A stretch of DNA of 64,000 nt, from contig NC_057719.1 in the NCBI RefSeq assembly GCF_004010195.1, forward strand, positions 67,477,048-67,541,047, in the 5' to 3' direction. Made by a program: the position numbers and the translations under genes. The stretch is from Chiloscyllium plagiosum. Lineage: Eukaryota. The notes under the pieces were generated by a model. The model was not told the DNA's origin. It was given only the letters and a program-made list of their open reading frames with translations, and did no database searches. Positions 1 to 12,779 of this stretch are shown here, piece by piece; positions within the stretch are counted from its first letter, which is position 1; every line of letters begins with the position of its first letter.

Positions 1-626
1 TTTCCTTTATTGGTCAGAGTATTGAGTACAGGAGTTGGGAGGTCATGTTGCGGCTGTACAGGACATTGGTTAGGCCACTGTTGGAATATTGCATGCAATT
101 CTGGCCTCCTTCCTATTGGAAAGATGTTGTGAAACTTGAAACGGTTCAGAAAAGATTTACAAGGATGTTGCCAGGGTTGGAGGATCTGAGCTACAGGGAG
201 AGGCTGAACAGGCTATGGCTGTTTTCCCTGGAGCGTCAGAGGCTGAGGGGTGACCGTATAGAGGTTTACAAAATTATGAGGGGCATGGATAGGATAAATA
301 GACTTTTCCCTGGGGTTGGGGAGTCCAGAACTAGAGGGCATAGGTAAAAGGTAGAGGGCATGGGGAAAGATATAAAAGAGACCTAAGGGGCAACTTTTTC
401 ATGCAGAGGGTAGAATGTGTTTGGAATGAGCTGCCAGAGGAAGTGGTGGAGGCTGGTACAATTGCAACATTTAAGAGGCATTTGGATGTGTATATGAATA
501 GGAAGGGTTTGGAGGGATATTGGCCGGGTGCTGGCAGGTGGGACTAGATTGGGTTGGGATATCCGGTCGGCATGGACGGTTGGACCGAAAGGTCTGTTTC
601 CATGCTGTACATCTCTATGACTCTAT
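1..626 (+). mobile_element. CR1 LINE, 3' end (ORF2 C-terminus + 3'UTR), runs off window start
   Basis: ORF 45-347 LYRTLVRPLLEYCMQFWPP...LETVQKRFTRM...LRGDRIEVYKIM is the typical CR1 ORF2 C-terminus; ends in a ctatgactctat-type tail. Confidence 0.95.
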
Positions 627-629
627 AAG

Positions 630-850
630 TATCCTGAAGTCCCTTTGTGTTGCTGTTTTCTACAGATTTTTTTCAAATAAAAAAAAATCCGTTCTTTTGC
701 CCTCTCTTTCAAAATGACAAACTTTACATTTTCCTCATTATACTTAATTTTCCAATGTTTTCCCCACTTACTTAAACTATCAATATTTCTCTGTAAATTG
801 TTTGTATTCCTGTCACAGCCTGCTTTTCTACTCCTGCTAAGGTCAGCTGT
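630..850 (-). mobile_element. Degraded CR1 RT fragment
   Basis: Minus ORF 623-859 NNLQRNIDSLSKWGKHWKIKYN resembles the CR1 LQxDLDxLxxW...WxMxFN motif. Confidence 0.7.
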
Positions 851-1289
851 TGCACTCAAGTCCTTCTACCACCATTAGGGGGAGCAGTTCCCTCCACTAT
901 TCCAGGGAATTCTTTAGTCTAAACCAATGAATTGCGGGGTGGATTCCCTTTGGCCTCCAGCTCCCTGGAGATCTCCTCTCAATTGAATGTCTTCCAATCT
1001 GAAGACAGACCACTGACAACAGCTGCAGTAATATGTGCCACGATCTGTTTAAATCCACCCAACGCATGGAACAGTCCCCTCTCTCTCTCTCTTCCTGTAC
1101 CCATGATCATTAGGTGACTGCCAAACCCATCTCAACTAAGGGACATCTCATCCCATTCTGTGAAATTCAGGGTCAATGACTGCTTTCACACATGTGTGAG
1201 TTCAGGTCCCAGAATCAGTCCCAACTTCTATTTCCCACCCCCAGAGGCAAACTCTTGCTGTTGTTGCATCCTCTGTAAAAATTTATTTC

Positions 1290-2400
1290 CCAAATGACTT
1301 TGTAGCATCTAAAATGTGACTTCAATACATTCAATCCTTTAATCCAAGTCATTAATTTCGCTGGTAAATAGTTCCCATTTCACCAATGGCACCCCAGTAA
1401 TTGTATTTTGTCAACCTGGAAATGAATATTTATCCCGACTGTTTTCTGTTAGACAATCCTTTCTCCATGTTAGCATATTACTGCACAGGATATCATTGAG
1501 GTAACTTTTTATGTCATACTTATTTGGTGATCCCCCTACATCCATTTTGCTGAGTTCAAGCTCAAAGCTGTCTAATAAGTTCGCAAATACAATTCCCCTT
1601 TCATTAAACCATGCGGACTCCAAATTCCTACTATTTGTTCCTTTATAATTAATTCCAACAATTTTCTAATGATAAATGTTAAACTAAATGATATGCATTT
1701 TTCTGGTATTTGTCACTCTCCATTCTTCAAGAGGGGCAATACCTTTGTGGTTTTTTCAATCTGTCAGAGCCTTTTTTAGAACTGTCAGATTTTTGGAATA
1801 TAACAACCAATGCACCATGATCTCTTTAGGCTTTTATGATCTGAGGATACAGAGACATGTCAGCCTTTAGTCCCATTGGTTTTCCGAAAACCTTTTCTCC
1901 AGTTTCTCCCTCCCATTTGCTGCTCTATTTTCTGCTATTTATGGGATGCTTTCAGTACCTTCTAGCATGAAAACAGATACAAAATGCTTGTAGCAAATCT
2001 ATATCATTCCCTTTGTTTCCCTTTGATAATTCATCAGTCTTATTCTGTAAAGAGACCATATTTATTTTATTGACTCTTTCATATATATTGTAGAATCTTT
2101 ACTATCTTTTATTTTGTCAATTTAATCTCAGATGATTTTTTTCTGTTTTCTTTCAATCAGACTTTTCTAGTTCCCAACCTTCTAGTCTACCACTAATTTT
2201 CACAATATTGTTTTTTTAAAACTTCAAATTATCTTTAACATCCATGAGTAGCTGCAGAGGGAATGCCTTTTAGAGCCTTTCTTGCTCAATAGAATTATAC
2301 CTTTGAAAGTTATGAAATATCTCCTTAAACATTTCCCGCTGTTTCTCTATCTTTTGATCTGTTTTCACAGTCTACTTTAGCCAACTCTGCCTTCACAAGT
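1290..2400 (-). mobile_element. Old degraded CR1 ORF2 fragment
   Basis: Minus ORF 1411-1623 ESAWFNERGIVFANLLDSFE...LTWRKDCLTE resembles the CR1 QHGF...CLTNLLEFFE...WIxxWL region; many stops. Confidence 0.6.
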
Positions 2401-3519
2401 CTGGGCTCAGCATTCTAATCATCACAACATAGTTAGTTTGTGAGGAGAGCTCACATTTCTCTGAGGTCTCTTAGATACAGGATCTTACGAATTGCATAAG
2501 GCAGGATGAACATGCTTTAACCCATATGATGATAGATTTGCAATAGATTGTTACTGTGGTTTCCAAGATTGACAACTTTTAAATATTTTACATTGCTATC
2601 TTCCTTACCTCAGCCCCAGCACAACAATTGAATGGAATCCGTTGTTTTGGACAGTGGTTGGGTAGCAGCCATGTAAGTGAGTGATACTTGCTTGAAGGGT
2701 GGGTCAGCTTTACATAAAGGTCACCAGGCAGATGTTCATTATCTGCAAACCAGGAGCACCATGCTTCCACATGAAATGATGTGAACAAATTTCAGGGGTT
2801 GATCTGCTCAGCACCTCCTTGTGGTGCCCAGGGTGTTTGCGTCAATGGGAAGTACTGCACCTAGTAAAGTCTTGCCCCTACCTACGTACATAGTAGTGTT
2901 GTCATCTGGTGTTGTTCTTGTTCATATAGTCATAAAGATTGGAGCATCAACTTGAGAGATGGAAGACAAGATGTGTAAACCCTCCTTGTTCAGGACTGAG
3001 TTTCCTTCTATCACATTGGTGATGCGTTAAAGTGACTGTTCCCCTGTTCTCAGTAACTTTCCACCTGCCCTTTATTAGCCATGACCAGCAATCTGTGAGC
3101 CTCAAGGTTCCAATGGAGCACTTTGGTGCCCAGCTCCTTTTGCCAGAAGTGGACAGCCATCATCCCTTGACGCTCCAATTGTTGACCATGAGTCTCAGAA
3201 TCTTGGTCATACTGTACATACCCTAGATGGTCAAATATCCTTCCTCAAACAAAACCCACCACCACTACCCCCAACACACCAGGCTCATGGAGCTGTCATG
3301 TTCCTAACTCCCTCCCTGCTTCAGACAAATAGGAGCTGGCCTTTTGTGCCTAATTTATTCCAACTCCCGACCTTGCTGGGATTTTGTTGACATGAGATCC
3401 CTGAGTCAGGGAACAATGCTACTGTCTTCAGAGATTGATTATATGGAGAAGATAAAACATACCTGAACATAAGTCCCATCCTGGTAAGGACACCCGGACC
3501 TCCTCTGACCCAAAAAGAC

Positions 3520-3915
3520 AAATGAAATGCTGTTGATAATTGTCAAGAGGAATAGAACATAAAGGCAGGGATGTTTTGCTACAGGTGTACAGGTACTGGG
3601 GAGACCACATGTTAAATACTGTGCACAGTTTTAGTTCCCTTATTTAAATATGTTAGAAGCAGTGCTGAGAGGTTCACTTGACAGATTCACAGGACAGGGC
3701 AGATATCTGAAAAGGAAAGATGAGACAGGCCAGAGCCAGTATCCATTGGAGTTTAGAAGAATAGGAAAATATTATTGAGTCATAAAAAATCCTGAGAATA
3801 CTTGAAAAGGTGGATGCTGAAAGGATATTTCCAATTGTAGGACAGCCTAGAGATAGGGGACTCAGTTGAAAAGTAAGGATTATGCTGTTTAAGTTGGAGA
3901 TGAGGGTTACATGCA
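3520..3915 (+). mobile_element. Degraded CR1 3' ORF2 fragment
   Basis: agaggaatagaacataaaggcagggatgttttgctacaggtgtacagg...tactgtgcacagttttag parallels the CR1 copy at 1-626. Confidence 0.75.
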
Positions 3916-4372
3916 AAGGTGTTCCTAGTGCCAGCTGTTGGGAAGCTAGACCTACTTTTAAAGTTCAGATAACTTAATTACAAACTTTCATCTTACCAAT
4001 GGCAAATGATTTTGGGCCTTTTGAGTAACTGACTTTCCCCCATCTGCCTTGTTCCTTAGTCCTGGAAGCAATACAAGATTATTCCAGTAATCACACAGAA
4101 AACATACAGTCAATATGCCCTTAGCCTCAGAGATTTCTCACTTCCATCCTAGAATCCTATATGTTAATGTTAATTAGCCAGTAAGAACTGTGTATAAGAT
4201 AGCCCTTGCCTGATATCTGCTTGGTGTCTCCCAATGTAGATGCAGTTGAAATCTGTTTATCGCCACTTCAAGAGTAGTCAACTTGACATTGTATCTTCTC
4301 AGTATGCCACACAACTTGTTGGTCTTCCAGTACTTACAAGATGAGGATGCCTCCATTACTAACTTTATCTGA

Positions 4373-4493
4373 TTAAAAATCACACAACACCAGATTATAG
4401 TCCAACAGGTTTATAAAACTGTTGGACTATAACTTGGTGTTATGTGATTTTTAACTTTGTACATCTCTGTCCAACACTGGTGTCTCCAAATCA
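4373..4493 (+). mobile_element. Miniature fold-back element (PLE-terminus-derived) with 13-bp TSD
   Basis: Inverted arms ttaaaaatcacacaacaccagattatagtccaacag / ctgttggactataacttggtgttatgtgatttttaa; flanked by taactttatctga at 4360-4372 and 4494-4506; same family as 57669-57977. Confidence 0.8.
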
Positions 4494-7400
4494 TAACTTT
4501 ATCTGACTATTTTTGCAACCAGGTAAGAAGTGGGTGTCAACCTCTCTCTTATTAATCACTCTCAAGCGGTCAAAACAAACATTTCTATGTTGGCACACAT
4601 TTATTACACTCCAGTAAAAACAGGATTATCAAGATCAAAATTAAGAAATCAAATTGTAAGGTTTTCCTGAATGAAATAAAAGAAACTTTATTACCAAGTA
4701 CCCTGTAAAGATAATAAACAATACAATATCAAACACACATACAAACACAAAAGTAAAAACATTTATGAAAGGACAATGCATCTGTAATGGACAGGAACGA
4801 GAGGCTATGCAGTTTTAAAGCAAAGTCTTTAGAATCTTAGAGGAGTTAGATTTTAAATCTGAACAATTGTTCAGCAGTGAAGAAGATTGTAGATCTTGAG
4901 TACTTGGTGAATGGTTGTCCCAAATTGTCTTTTTATTGGGCACTGAATTCAAGGTTGAGGAGGACAGGGACAAAGAAGTGCAGTCTCTTTGCTGTTGGCA
5001 GTTCATATTTTTTATCCTCTTTGCCTTTTGATGCTCAATGCAGCTATTGATGCAAGTACATTTGTGTATTCATGAGTCATTCTATTGTTCTTCCTAGTTG
5101 AAAGTTGCAAGTTTGGTGCTCATGTGTGCACTTTATTATTCCAGTATGAATTAACCAAGGGATGTGGATTTTCTTGACCCTAATTCAATTGTCTGCTTTC
5201 AGTCTTAAGATAGCATGGTAATATTGATGTATCCAATTTCATTTGTTCCATATCAGTTCCATAGAATCACCTCAAATAATGGTCAGATGATTTCAGCAGG
5301 CATTTTACGTCATTATTTGTCATTTTCAAAAATCATTTATAGTCCATGAGATTGCATATTAAAATCAGATAATACAAGGTACTGATCTGCAGTGCCATTA
5401 TTAAAATACATGAATGGAATGACACAATTTTAAGTTAAAGTTCATTAAAATATAGTGACATGCACAATCATGCAATATCTTTCAATACCAAAAAATTAGT
5501 CAAATCTCCTTTGAATTTCAACACCTCTAAATAGTATCCTTTACCTTTGTATTGTATCTACAAAAATTCTAATTATGAAAAATCTCAAACAATTTAATAA
5601 TTAAAAGGAATTACTTTATTACTGTGTTCTGTTGCTCTGATATACTTCTTCCGTGTCACCAAGGAGAAAGCAGGTTTCCACAGTAAGGCATGTGTTTAAA
5701 CACTGAGTTATGCTGATGGGGTAATGCCATACAAAATGTTGCTTATGTGGGATTATTCAGGCTATAGGATTATGTAATATGTAAGCGGATCCAAAGTTTG
5801 TCATCTCCTCTAGCTAGGAGGATGAGACAGAAAAACCAACATGGGCAAAGTACGCAGTCTCATCTATACAGAAATTGAACATATCAATTTTCCCTCAAAT
5901 TGACTCTGATTAGAACAAACTACACTATCTCAATTTTGGCCATTTTTATCCCGTCATTTGAGATGATCATGTTCCAAATCAGAAGGCAAAAATCACACAT
6001 TAAATTGAAAAAAAATACAAGCAAAGAAAGCCGCAATTAACAAAAATGAAATCTAGTCAACAGTTCATTTATATACAAGGTAATAGTAACTTTAGATTAT
6101 TCCTGTCTTTGTCAGCATAATTTACTATGTCTTCATGTGCGTATTACTTACAGTTTTAATTAGAATTACATGTTTCTCAAAGATGCAATCTGTAAAGTAT
6201 TTATCAGTGCTTTCCCCCTGAATATTTGTTGCGGCTGTTTAATAGTCTTTGAAAAATACTATTTTCCATTGGCAATTCTCTGCTTAAAAGCTCCTGCTTT
6301 CACCAGTCCCAATAAATCTTACAATGCAGTGTCACTCTTCGATCTTTCAGAAGGTTGTAATAGTCAGGTTTTTGCATTTAATCTTTTTTGGCACCATTTT
6401 AAAAGGTTACAGATGGCTTGGCTAAACCAAACTATTATTTAGTGTTTGATGTAATGTCAGTCTCATTTTGTTTTCAGTATTGTTTGCACTTCGCCTTTGT
6501 AAAAGGTTCTTGATTGAGCTATACAAGAGAAGATCTTTCTATCGTTCTGTGTGATCAATGAAGATGTGTTTACCAGGCCTGGGACACAATGTACACTTTA
6601 CAATAATGGCTTTTAGTCTGTTTGTTGACAGAAAGCTTTTTCTATGTAACTTGTCAATCTTGCAACTGTTACTTGATTGCAATATGAAGCACTGTTAGTA
6701 TAGCTCAGAAACAAATAATTGAATCTATCAAACTAAAACTAATGTTTGAGTACAATAAATATATAAAGTTAGCTCAAATATTAAATTATAGGAAATTGGA
6801 AAAAAGAATGAATTGCACCCTTGGCATTTAATTTCAAGTGTTATGCTGAATAAAACTCTAATAGTGATGACACTATAAAATTATTTTATATTTTACTGGT
6901 GCTGCATCCTTTCATAAATTTACAGTACTGATGTATTTTCTAGCTATACTATCATGTATGTATCAAGTGTAGCTCTTTTCCTGCTGAAAACATTGTTTAT
7001 TTTCACAAAGGAACAATTTTGTTTTAGCTAACATACAGAATTCTCATCATAAAAGCACTGTAATAGATTCAGTATTATCAAGACAGATATGATTATTTCA
7101 GAAATGAAGGAAAGGGGCTTTTAGGTTGATGGGAAAAACCATTTATCTCTGTTTATACTTCAAATCTCAATATAAAATCTTCTGAGAATATTCACTGAGA
7201 ATGGATACTTTTGCATAGCAAGAGAGAAAGAAAACCTGGCATACTGCAATTGGTTAGTGCAGCTTAATATTATTACCTTTACCTCTGAGAAGGCTCTGGT
7301 CCAAAACATCCAAGGACTAGGGTCTCCAATTGTCCTGCTTTGGGTAGGAATCTTCTGAAATTAGCAGTTTAGCTGCAGACCACTGTTGCTTGCATTTTGC

Positions 7401-8049
7401 GAGATGTGGTGTTCACACACATGCTTTGTGCACATGCATTATCCAGTTGTCTTGGCTTGCAGTCTTAGTCCTGCTGTTGTCTTCATTAGTTGGAAACATC
7501 ACTTGAGTACAGTTGTGAGGATGCCACCATTGGAACAATGCAAGTCTACTGAAACCTTCACAGATTCTGAAATAGCAATAGGATAGGGCGACAGAGAGAG
7601 AGAGGGAAACGGACAGACAGATAGACGGACAGAAATGGGGATGGGGTGAGCACAGAATGAGTACACAACAATGCTAGATGCTTCATTGATGGGACTGACC
7701 TATTCCACAGCCTGCGCTAAAAATTGGAAACAAGGATGGAATGTTAGCTCCATTCATAGGTCATTATTTCTTCTACAGTCCTGTCTCATTAGGGCCAGGA
7801 AAGTCTGGCTCCATATATTTTCATGAATATTAAAATATTTAAAAGTTCTTTTTAATTGACTGTTTGGATATATTTTGACACATCTCTGTGGAAGGTGGGT
7901 CTTAAACCCCAGAGGTGGGACCACCACAACTTGTACCCTTTACGCCAACACTATACAGCTTAATATTACCTTGTCTAGCAATAAGAAGTGCAATCAGATT
8001 GAATTTTTTCCTGTATGTTACTCAACTTCAAGTTCTAATTTTTCCAGCT

Positions 8050-8595
8050 TTCAACTTATCCAGATAACAAATTTGATAGAATTACTGTGCTGAGGCCCTT
8101 GGCAATTGAAAGCGTAAATGCGAATGTGTGAGTGATTAAATTCAGTGTTCTGCAAGAACCAGAATTAGAGGTGAGTTTAAAACTGGAGAAGCTTCCATTG
8201 ATAGGGAAGGACAGAGTTATGGAGGAATTTGAAGTCAGAGCTGAGAATTTTGAAAACAAGGTGTTGCTCAATTGGAAGTCAATGGAATTCAGTGAATATG
8301 AGATGATATGTGAAGGGTCTTGGGATGAGTAAAGGTTTGAACAGCACAGTCTGCAATGAGTTTAGGTAAATGGAGTATGGATGATGGGAGGATAGGAAGG
8401 CACGGATGAGGATTTCAGCAGTGGATACAGTAAGGCAGGCACAGAACGAGGTGATGCTACTGAGGTGGGATTTTGTGATTTTGATGATGGTATGAATGAT
8501 GTGGTCGGAAGCTGTTTTGGAGCTAAATCTGAGACAAAGGTTGTGAACAGTTTGGTTTGGCATCAGATAATTGACAGTAAATAGAGTTTTGGACA
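8050..8595 (-). mobile_element. Degraded L2-type LINE ORF2 fragment
   Basis: Minus ORF 8279-8596 STAEILIRAFLSS resembles the L2 AExLIHAFVTSRLDY motif. Confidence 0.6.
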
Positions 8596-9889
8596 TCAGA
8601 GTTAATGAAAGGTGTTACATGAATATAATTTTTTTTGTGAACTAGCTACCTTTTTTTTACATCAGAATTATACTTTTAAAGTTACCTTAATTTGATGTCA
8701 AATACTTTAGAATGTTCAGAGGTCACATGCTGCATGTATAAAAGTTCCTTCATACTTTCAATTTCACCAACATTTCACAACCTGCTTGGAGAAGGAATTG
8801 TTCACGCTACATGCTCTTCAAAAGCAAACTATAGAGAATTCATTTTATTACACTCATCCGCTGTGTATGAAGAAAAAAGCTCATCTTATTGACTTCAATT
8901 TGCATTTATATAACACTCTATGTGCCAAAAAGCACAATTTCACAAGGCAAAGATTTGGATATGTGGCATGAAAAGCAAGGGCCCGAAATAAAGAGAGCTG
9001 GGGAGATTGAAAGTATGGTAGACAAACTAGTTTTTAGGGAAGAAGTGAGCCAACCCAATTTTGGGGTAGAATTCTAAAGCTTACTCCAAAATGATTTCAC
9101 TCTTATTAATGAAGTGAGGCAAGCTAGCAGGAATCCATAAACCCGAATCAGGAAGACAGTATAAATATGGCCAGCGAATATCACAAAATGTAAATGGGGA
9201 ATCAGAAATCATGGACAAGGAATTGGGATATTTGAGGTATTGGATAATTGGTGGGAGAGTAGCATGAATTTTTGGATTAGCAAATGTTTGTGTATGCATT
9301 GAAGTTAAATCAATACTTAATGCAAAATACAACCAATATTTTGCAACATATTACAAGTTGCACCAAAATGTACTTATGGATACAAAATTCAAAAGAACAA
9401 TAAATTGTGATCACCCAAACATGCTGGAAATTAAATATTCATTCCATGAATATAAAACCCCAATTAAGAACATAGTTTTTACATGTGGGTATGTTTTTGT
9501 TAAGATGGGTTTTGTGGTGGTATTAAACTACAGCTTTTCACATCTGTCAATCCAAGGTGCCAACAGCTGTTTTGTGCCAGTTTTATTATGACAAGTTTGC
9601 CTTTGTATCTTGCTAGGAATTTATGGAAACATATACACCTGTCATTCTACCTGCATTTCTGCAAAATATACCTTTCATTAAATCACAACTAAATTTCTTG
9701 AAACAAGCTGGAACTGATTGAATGTTTCATTGCCTTACAGTAAAAGAATGGCATTCAGATAAGTTTTCCATTGCATTTTTGTCAATGATGCCTTTAAAAT
9801 AAGTCCTTAAGCAATTAGTCTACTTGCTGTTCAATAAAAAGTATAAAAGTTTCAAATACATTTTCATCCATAGGCTTTCAAGTACAATG

Positions 9890-10190
9890 CTACTTTTGTT
9901 TCAAAAGAAAGATTTGCATTTGTTTTGGAGTTTCCATAATGTCATTTGCATCAAATTCAATGAAGCATTCAGGAATATAGTTAATGATAGAACATACAAA
10001 ATATGACATTCAATTTATGCATAGCAAGTTCCCACAAAGAGCAATGTGTTGATGAGCAGAAAATGTTTTGGTGGCATTTGTTGAGAAATACATGCATTTT
10101 GGACAAGGCACTGTAGGGAACCTGTTGGTTTTACTTGACTCATGGTAATGGTCCTTTAACAACCACTTGAGACAGCAGTCAGACCGGTGA
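9890..10190 (-). mobile_element. Degraded Deu-type (SacSINE-like) SINE, interrupted by L1 insertion
   Basis: Reverse-complement similarity to 55500-55860, with a tgcaaatctttcttt-type tail on the minus strand. Confidence 0.4.
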
Positions 10191-10191
10191 T

Positions 10192-10956
10192 TTTTCTTTT
10201 ATATATATATTTATTGAAACATTTTTACTCTTTTACAAAAGAAACAAAAAGTTATAAAAGTACAAAAAATACAGAAAAGTAGAAATAATACATTATTATA
10301 TTACGATAATGTTAACAATAAACTACCTACTACTCTTCGAGATACAATTGTTTCATATTTACTTAACTTAACCCAAATTAAAATAAACTCAAATTAAATG
10401 AAATAGTATTAAATTAAATTACAATCCAATAAAATGAAAATACCTTACATTACATTACTCCACTCGCCGGACCTCCACTGAAGTTCCCATTCAAGGGAGC
10501 AAGAGTATTATATCCATATTTACTCGGCATCCTCCCCCCCATCCCCACGGTCCCAGGACCGTCATATATGGTCCTTGTGGCTATATAAAGGCCCTAATCA
10601 GTACTGCCAATAGGTCCATGTCTATGTAATTTAGAAATGGCTGCCATGTCTTATAAAATTGCTCTGTTCCATGGTGCACCATACTTATCAGATAATGTTA
10701 GGGAGGTGCTCCATCACAAGTCTGCACCACCCCACAAGATCTGGAAGTTTTTCTAATATCCAATTCATTAGAATGTTCTTCCTCGTACAGTGTGTAAGAA
10801 TGTTAAATAACCTCTTCCCCTCCTTACTGAGAGAGGGCAGATTCAGTAATTCCAAAAGAAGGGATACCTGATCCTCGTTAACTTTAATTCCCAGGATCTT
10901 CTCCAGCTCATTCATTCACTATGGCACCCCAATCACCATGAATCTTGTAGCAGATC
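10192..10956 (-). mobile_element. L1/Tx1-type LINE 3' end
   Basis: Minus ORF 10688-10915 (LEKILG...RKNILMNW...W...MEHLP) followed by FYKTWQPFL; A-rich tail with AATAAA at the left end; gtgattt on both flanks (possible TSD). Confidence 0.8.
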
Positions 10957-10964
10957 CGTGATTT

Positions 10965-11163
10965 AACATCTAATGAAAGATCATTGCCCTGAAATGTTAA
11001 CTCTGTCTCTTTCCATAGTTGGTGTCATGACTACTTTGTCTTTTACAAGGCTAGTTGATCTTGGAGTTTCCTGCTCCCTGGATGCTGTCTGACCTGCTAT
11101 GCTTTTCCAGCACCACTCTAATCTTGACTCTAATCTCCAGCATCTGCAGTACTCACTTTTGCG
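10965..11163 (+). mobile_element. Two adjacent decayed PLE terminal-repeat fragments
   Basis: taatgaaagatcattgccctgaaatgttaactctg (decayed hammerhead-like core) and cctgctccctggatgctgtctgacctgct...ctccagcatctgcagt, shared with other copies in the window. Confidence 0.7.
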
Positions 11164-11349
11164 TACTTGTCATAGAAAATTAATTTGTCTTGATTTCAGT
11201 TTATGTAATGAGTGGATGAACCACAACATTGCCTTTAAACTTGGGTGGCATGTTAAAAAATTATCTCCTAGACTCTGATATCTTCATGCTATATTTTATT
11301 CTGAAATGGGTATAGTTATGTGTATAGTTAGGATTCATTCACAGAAAAG

Positions 11350-11765
11350 GCAAAGGTAAGGAAAACAAATGCAGAGCTCCCTGGATGCTATAAGAAATAG
11401 AAAATAAGATGGAACTGAACAAAGTCTGCGTATAACAGATGTCAGGTGGATAATATAATTTAGAACTGGGTTTAATATAGAAGAGAAACAAAGAGAGATT
11501 ATGAGAGGAGACTGGTAATAACGTATGTGGGAATCCAAAAGCCAACATGGATTTGTTGATCGTAAATTACATTCACCTAACTTGTTTGAATTTTTTAAAC
11601 AAGTAACAGTGAAGGTTGATGAGAGCATCGCAGTAATAAATGAGGACTTCCAAAAGACATTGATAAAATGCCACATAACTTGTGTCACGTGTGCTTGTCA
11701 GCAAAATTGTAATCCATTGAACGAAAGGGGGAGTGGAAGCATAGATATGAAGTTTTTTTGAGGCT
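11350..11765 (+). mobile_element. Degraded CR1 RT fragment
   Basis: ORF 11525-11761 SQHGFVDRKLHSPNLFEFFKQVT...DFQKTLIK matches CR1 QHGF..CLTNLLEFFE...DFxKAFDKV. Confidence 0.8.
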
Positions 11766-12145
11766 GACAAATTTTATAAACATTCTTTCCATCCTGGGAT
11801 AGTGATACTGTCCCTAACTCTCTCAGTTTTGTGAGTTGTCGAGCAGGATAACACAGGGAGCAATATTCTTCAAGTAAGCTTTGAATCAATTTTCATGTTT
11901 ATATGCTTTGAAGAAAATGTCCTATTGTCTTACATGGCAAATTAATTTGGAATCAATTTTTCATAAAATGGCAACATTTGTCTCATTCATTGTTTTGCAA
12001 CCTTTATGTGTTCAGCAATGGCATCTATTAAAACAAATGACCACAAAACAGCTTCATAGCAATTTTGGATTAAATGCTTATGGAAATACCTCTCAATCTA
12101 ATTAACCTTTAGCAAGATTGGTATAAGTGAGAGGCATCACGTGAC

Positions 12146-12270
12146 TGTGATGCAAGGGCTTTTGCCTGAAATGTTGATTTCCTTGCTCCTCAGATGCTGC
12201 TTGACCTGCTGTGTTTCTCCAGCACCACACTCTCGACTCTGACCTCCAGCATCTACAGTCCTTACTTTCT
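12146..12270 (+). mobile_element. PLE terminal-repeat fragment with decayed hammerhead core
   Basis: gtgatgcaagggcttttgcctgaaatgttgattt...ctccagcatctacagtcc. Confidence 0.8.
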
Positions 12271-12779
12271 GCAAAATTTAGTGACAGGTTTTAGTAATAC
12301 AATTTTCTGAAGGGTTAACTATAAAATATGAAGTCAAGTTAAAATCTATCTATCATGGTTGATATGCTTCTATATGCTATATAGGAAAACATGTAATATT
12401 GGTGATCATAGCACCACATAATGTTTATACTATTAATGTATTGAGTTGTAAAGGGTTCCTCAATTTCTGTAGAAGAATGAAAGGATTATCCAGTTTAATG
12501 TCAAAAGGGTGGCCAAGAGGTGTGAAGGAGGGGAAAACAGCACCTAAAACTGAGAGAGAGTGCACACAGGGCCACAACAGCTCTATGAAGAGAACTGACC
12601 TGTGTGAGAGGTACAATAGTGGATGGAGTTAAAAACTGGTGGTAGAGCACCCTTTAAACCTGTTTCTACCTGTGAGAACCAAACGTGATATCACAAGACA
12701 ACAGGTAGGCAATTGGTGGTACTACTTCGGTGTCTGATTCAATAGATACCATAGTTTAAATCAGGAGATGTTATTACAG

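Noticed and set aside
2440..3400. Possible Gypsy pol remnant
   Set aside because: No motif could be read with confidence; left unannotated
5545..5557. 13-bp minus-strand micro-exon candidate (tttttgtag ... AAG|gtaaag)
   Set aside because: Weak polypyrimidine tract and frame-shifting length; expected by chance in AT-rich DNA
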